A stretch of 64,000 nucleotides of DNA from Mustelus asterias (lineage: Eukaryota), in assembly GCF_964213995.1 (NCBI RefSeq), contig NW_027590427.1:186001-250000 (forward strand), written 5' to 3'. The position numbers were made by a program, and so were the translations under genes. This document shows, piece by piece, positions 60,492 through 64,000 of the stretch (the first letter of the stretch is position 1; every line of letters starts with the position of its first letter). The notes below the pieces were generated by a model. It was given only the letters and a program-made list of their open reading frames with translations, was not told where the DNA came from and did not search any database.

Positions 60492-60563
60492 GCCCTCTGG
60501 CCGGGGCTTGAACCCAATCCACAGTGATGAAAGTTCCGAATCCTAACCAATTGATCAACAGCA
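60492..60563 (-). pseudogene. tRNA-Glu(TTC) pseudogene; fainter Glu relics at ~55425-55493 (+), 58233-58290 (+) and 60690-60749 (-)
   Basis: TTGGTTAGGATTCGGAACTTTCATCACTG...GGGTTCAAGCCCCGGCCAGAGGG. Confidence 0.6.
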
Positions 60564-63362
60564 AAGCAGACAATGACTTCGCCAATCAACTTACCATCAT
60601 GACTTTAGCTATTGCCTTTCTTCTGGTCCGTCACACACAGACAGATTTCTCATTAAAAATGTCCTGTTTAGTTCCCTATTTGTGATCGACCATCAAGCCC
60701 ATGCCATGGTCCTGAAAACATTGACTCTGAAACACTAAACCACCCGGGATGTGCCATCGCCAGCTCAAAGTTTCTTTATTCGCCATTCCTTGTGTGAGTT
60801 AATCATGCCTTGCTCTCAATCACAGACCTTCCCCTTTCGTTCTTTAAAATGAATTGGTCGCTTTGCGTCGCAGGACATCTGTAGCGTCGTGGGCACCAAC
60901 AGAGGGTTCAAAACTTAGCAGAAACATTATCAAAACTCGTCCACTATAGTGTGGCAGGCTATGCCATCAAGGAACAATTCAATAGCCCGAATGTGTTTTC
61001 TCTGGGGAATGGGGGCTGACATGATCTGATTGTGGCCTTTCAGATGGGTGACAGGATAAATAAGAAAGAAATATTTTCACTTATGAATGGGGGAGGATCT
61101 TTATCTCCACAGGCATTACCAGATCTTCTGAGCATTTGCAGTGTTTTCTGTTGTTGTTATTTCAGATGTTCAAGATCTGCAGTATTTCATTTATTTAACT
61201 GGAGAATGTTAAGAATATGGAACCCACCTCGACAGGGATTGAGATCAGCAGGAAATTCAGCGACAAAAACAAATTCTGGGAAAATAATGCTCACCAGCTG
61301 AAAGTGGAAAATGCTTCACTCAGTCATCCTGTTTACATACACAACAGCGCAGTTCCCCAGTGCAACAGGATTCATGTAGTCACCCCACCTGTTAAAACTC
61401 CTGTTTTAAAAGTTCAGATGACATGATTTGCAGTCAATACATTCTTATTGTCAAGACAGGGTTTCAATATACCGTCTCAGGAGAAAGCATAATCACTTGT
61501 GCATGAAAACTAACCGACTGCAAAACTCTCCCCTGTCAAGCTCTACCCTCCTGCAAATATCCACCCACTGCAAATCTCTCCTATTCCCAGATTGAACGTC
61601 ACTGCCCCAATTTATCAGCCCCTATCCCGGACTGAACAATGATGTCACACTTCGCAGATTACACGGTGATATTCATTGACAGTGTCCTTCCCTGTCTCAC
61701 ACTGAATCACACGGTAACTCCTCACCAGGCCTTGCACTAGTCCAAGTTTCACCAGCGGAACTCCACTTACCCTGCCCCAAAATACACCGCACTGTCAGAA
61801 TTCACCGGTCAATGCCAAACTGTCCCAATTCATTGGTCAATGCTCTAGAATCAATCACATTACTCCAACTGTCTGTTCCACTTCACAATGTGAAATACCC
61901 CATGGGAAGCTGGCCCGGTTTTATAAACATTGTCCCGTCTCATCAGTCCCTTTCCCAATCTGATCCATAATGTTTCACCTGATATGTCGCTGTCCCCGAT
62001 TTAACCAGCCTGTCTCACAATACGACACATTTTTCTAGACAGAACCACACTGTCCCATCTCACCAATCCCATCCTGACACCGAACCCTACTATCCAACCT
62101 CACATATTGTTGTCAATTATAGACCCACATTTTGCCACCTCGTCGCTCCCCGAACTAGATTATAACACACAGCCCCTTGAATTGCCTCGGCCCTTGACTC
62201 AATTAGACTTGCTCACATCATCGGTCCCTCGCCCTGAATGCACCACACTGAATCACCTTAGTAGCCCCTGTTCCGAGATAAAGTAAGCATTCCAATTTCA
62301 ACAGTCCTGTCCCAGGCCAATAAATACTGACCCAAACCAAATGTCCCTTCCCCAGGCAAAATTGCAATACCGCATCTAACACTTCTTTATCCCATGGTTA
62401 ACCACAGGGCTCCATTCCATAGTTCTCTGTCCGAAACCTAGTTGCAGTAACCCACCTAACCACCCTCTATATAGGACTGACCCACAATGAGCCCTAATTA
62501 GACCTTTCCTCCGAGTGTAACTGACTGTCACACTTCACTCTGCCCAATCCTTCAAAGCCGAAAGTTGCATTTAGCAGCTTGAGCCACAATTCTTCCAGTA
62601 TTTCCTTCAGTTCTTGACTGAAACCTAGTTCTGCAGATCTGCTGTCCCTGAATGAAAAATGCTGTGGTATCTCAATGATGTCCGGTCCAATCTGAACAGC
62701 CACAATTCAGCATTTCCTTCCTTAGGATGAACATCATCAAGGTCACCCGAAACAAAATATTACAAACGCTGCCGAATTCACCCATGCTTTCAGGAGGCTC
62801 ATCCACAGTTAAGCGTGGGATGAGGCTGTGAATGCAGAATGAGTGAAATGGCTTTTGCGGACAGAAGGATGAATGAAGTAAATGCATGTTGTGGAGACCG
62901 TGTCTGGATATCGGGACGGAGAATTGGTCACTGCAGAGATAGAATAGAACCAGAGGCCATAAAGGGAGAGCGAGGCTGTGATGAAGATGTGGACGTGTTG
63001 GTCAATGTCGTCATGTCCGTCCCCAAAGAATATTATCCACAATTTGGATTATTTTTTGACAGCTGAACCTTCACAACCAACGCACTTTGGATGAGAACAT
63101 TGAAAGTGCAATATAAATATTTTCTTAACAAATTGATTAAGACTTCAAACAGTGATCATATGATAAATAAATCTCAGATGGCTCAGGAAGTTTTCAATAA
63201 TTGTGTTAACACTTATGGAGCAGTGTTATTCTTCAATCTCCGCCCTGCTTGTAAGAACTGAACAGATCAAAAATTTATAGAGGGATTATATGACAGGAAT
63301 TATCTAAAGACTTCAATGTTCATAATCCTAAATTTCCACCTATCTGGGGGAGTTGGCTCGTC

Positions 63363-63655
63363 TATAAGACCATAAGATATACGAACAGAATTAGGCCACT
63401 CGGCCCATCGAGTCTGCTCCGCCATTCAATCGTGGCTGATTTTTTTCTCATCTGCATTCTCCTGCCTTTTGCCCATAACCCCTGATCCCCTTATTAATCA
63501 AAAATCTATCTATCTCTGTCTTAAAGATACTCAATCACCTGGCCTCCACAGCCTTCTGCGGCAAAGAGTTCCACAGATTCGCCACTCTCTGGCTGCAGAA
63601 ATTCCTCCTCATCTCTGTTTTAAAGGATCGTCCTTTTAGCCTGAGGCTGTCCCCA
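63363..63655 (-). mobile_element. CR1 3'-end fragment of another subfamily
   Basis: Tail ATAAGACCATAAGAT and AGAGTTCCACAGATTC...CTCTCTGGCTG, as in the older copies at ~5580-5930 and 32630-32940. Confidence 0.8.
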
Positions 63656-64000
63656 CTGGGATCTGGAGAACTGTCACTGAACAAAATAATTATTCAGTCA
63701 TTGTTCCAACTATCCGCCCATTCCAGCCACGAGTCTTTGCAGTTCTGAAGTTCTGTGTTGGTTCTCCTCATATTTTACAGTGCTTCCTTGACTGGTGTTA
63801 CTTGTAAGCATTGATTCGTTTTTATTTATACGAGATAGATTGATTGAATTGATAAAATGACATTATGTTATTGTGGAATTTTAAACCTAGGGACATAGCG
63901 TATTAGGAGAAATGATAGGTTACTCGGCCCTTCGAGCCTGCTCCACCATTCAATAAGGCCGCAGCTGATTTGATAATATCTTGGATGCCACATCCCTCCC

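Larger units (their letters stand above)
55218..63250 (+). pseudogene. Decayed multi-exon protein-coding gene of unknown family
   Basis: Exon-like frames at 55218-55347, ~55545-55715, ~55777-55994, 56148-56236, ~56540-56740, 58984-59075, ~59660-60014, 60874-~60992 and ~62521-63250; two junctions are phase-compatible; scattered stops. Confidence 0.45.

Noticed and set aside
43319-63250. Stops explainable by C-to-T change as a sign of AID/APOBEC attack
   Set aside because: All three stop codons can arise by C-to-T from CAA, CAG or CGA, so the pattern is uninformative without an intact paralog.
1-64000. D, J or constant segments of the TCR locus
   Set aside because: I found no convincing 12-bp RSS with an FGxG motif and no TCR C exon by eye; a motif scan could still find degenerate ones.

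Overview
Vertebrate genomic DNA, almost certainly from a shark or other elasmobranch: it is dense in CR1/HER1-type LINEs with (TTCTATG)n or (TTCTTTG)n tails and HE1-type tRNA-derived SINEs. There is no intact cellular protein-coding gene, and the only long ORFs are LINE endonuclease/RT fragments. Beneath the repeats are four overlapping layers. (1) 2-17 kb: decayed exons on the minus strand of Ig-superfamily-like receptor gene(s), including a phase-compatible ITIM/ITSM tail, embedded in a degenerate 27/60-bp minisatellite. (2) 19-61 kb: a tRNA cluster of about 25 copies, mostly pseudogenes (Val, Pro, Arg, Ile, Asn, Gln, Glu, Leu, Thr, Lys), including a five-unit tandem tRNA-Val array. Two copies look intact: tRNA-Arg(ACG), and a tRNA-Pro(AGG) with an 18-nt intron at the canonical 37/38 site, unusual for a vertebrate. 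(3) 29-43 kb: three T-cell-receptor alpha/delta-type V pseudogenes (split leader, V exon, 23-bp RSS) interleaved with the tRNA genes. (4) 43-63 kb: pieces of a long decayed multi-exon plus-strand gene of unrecognised family, with tRNA relics in its putative introns. All calls were read by eye without tools. Repeat boundaries are approximate.
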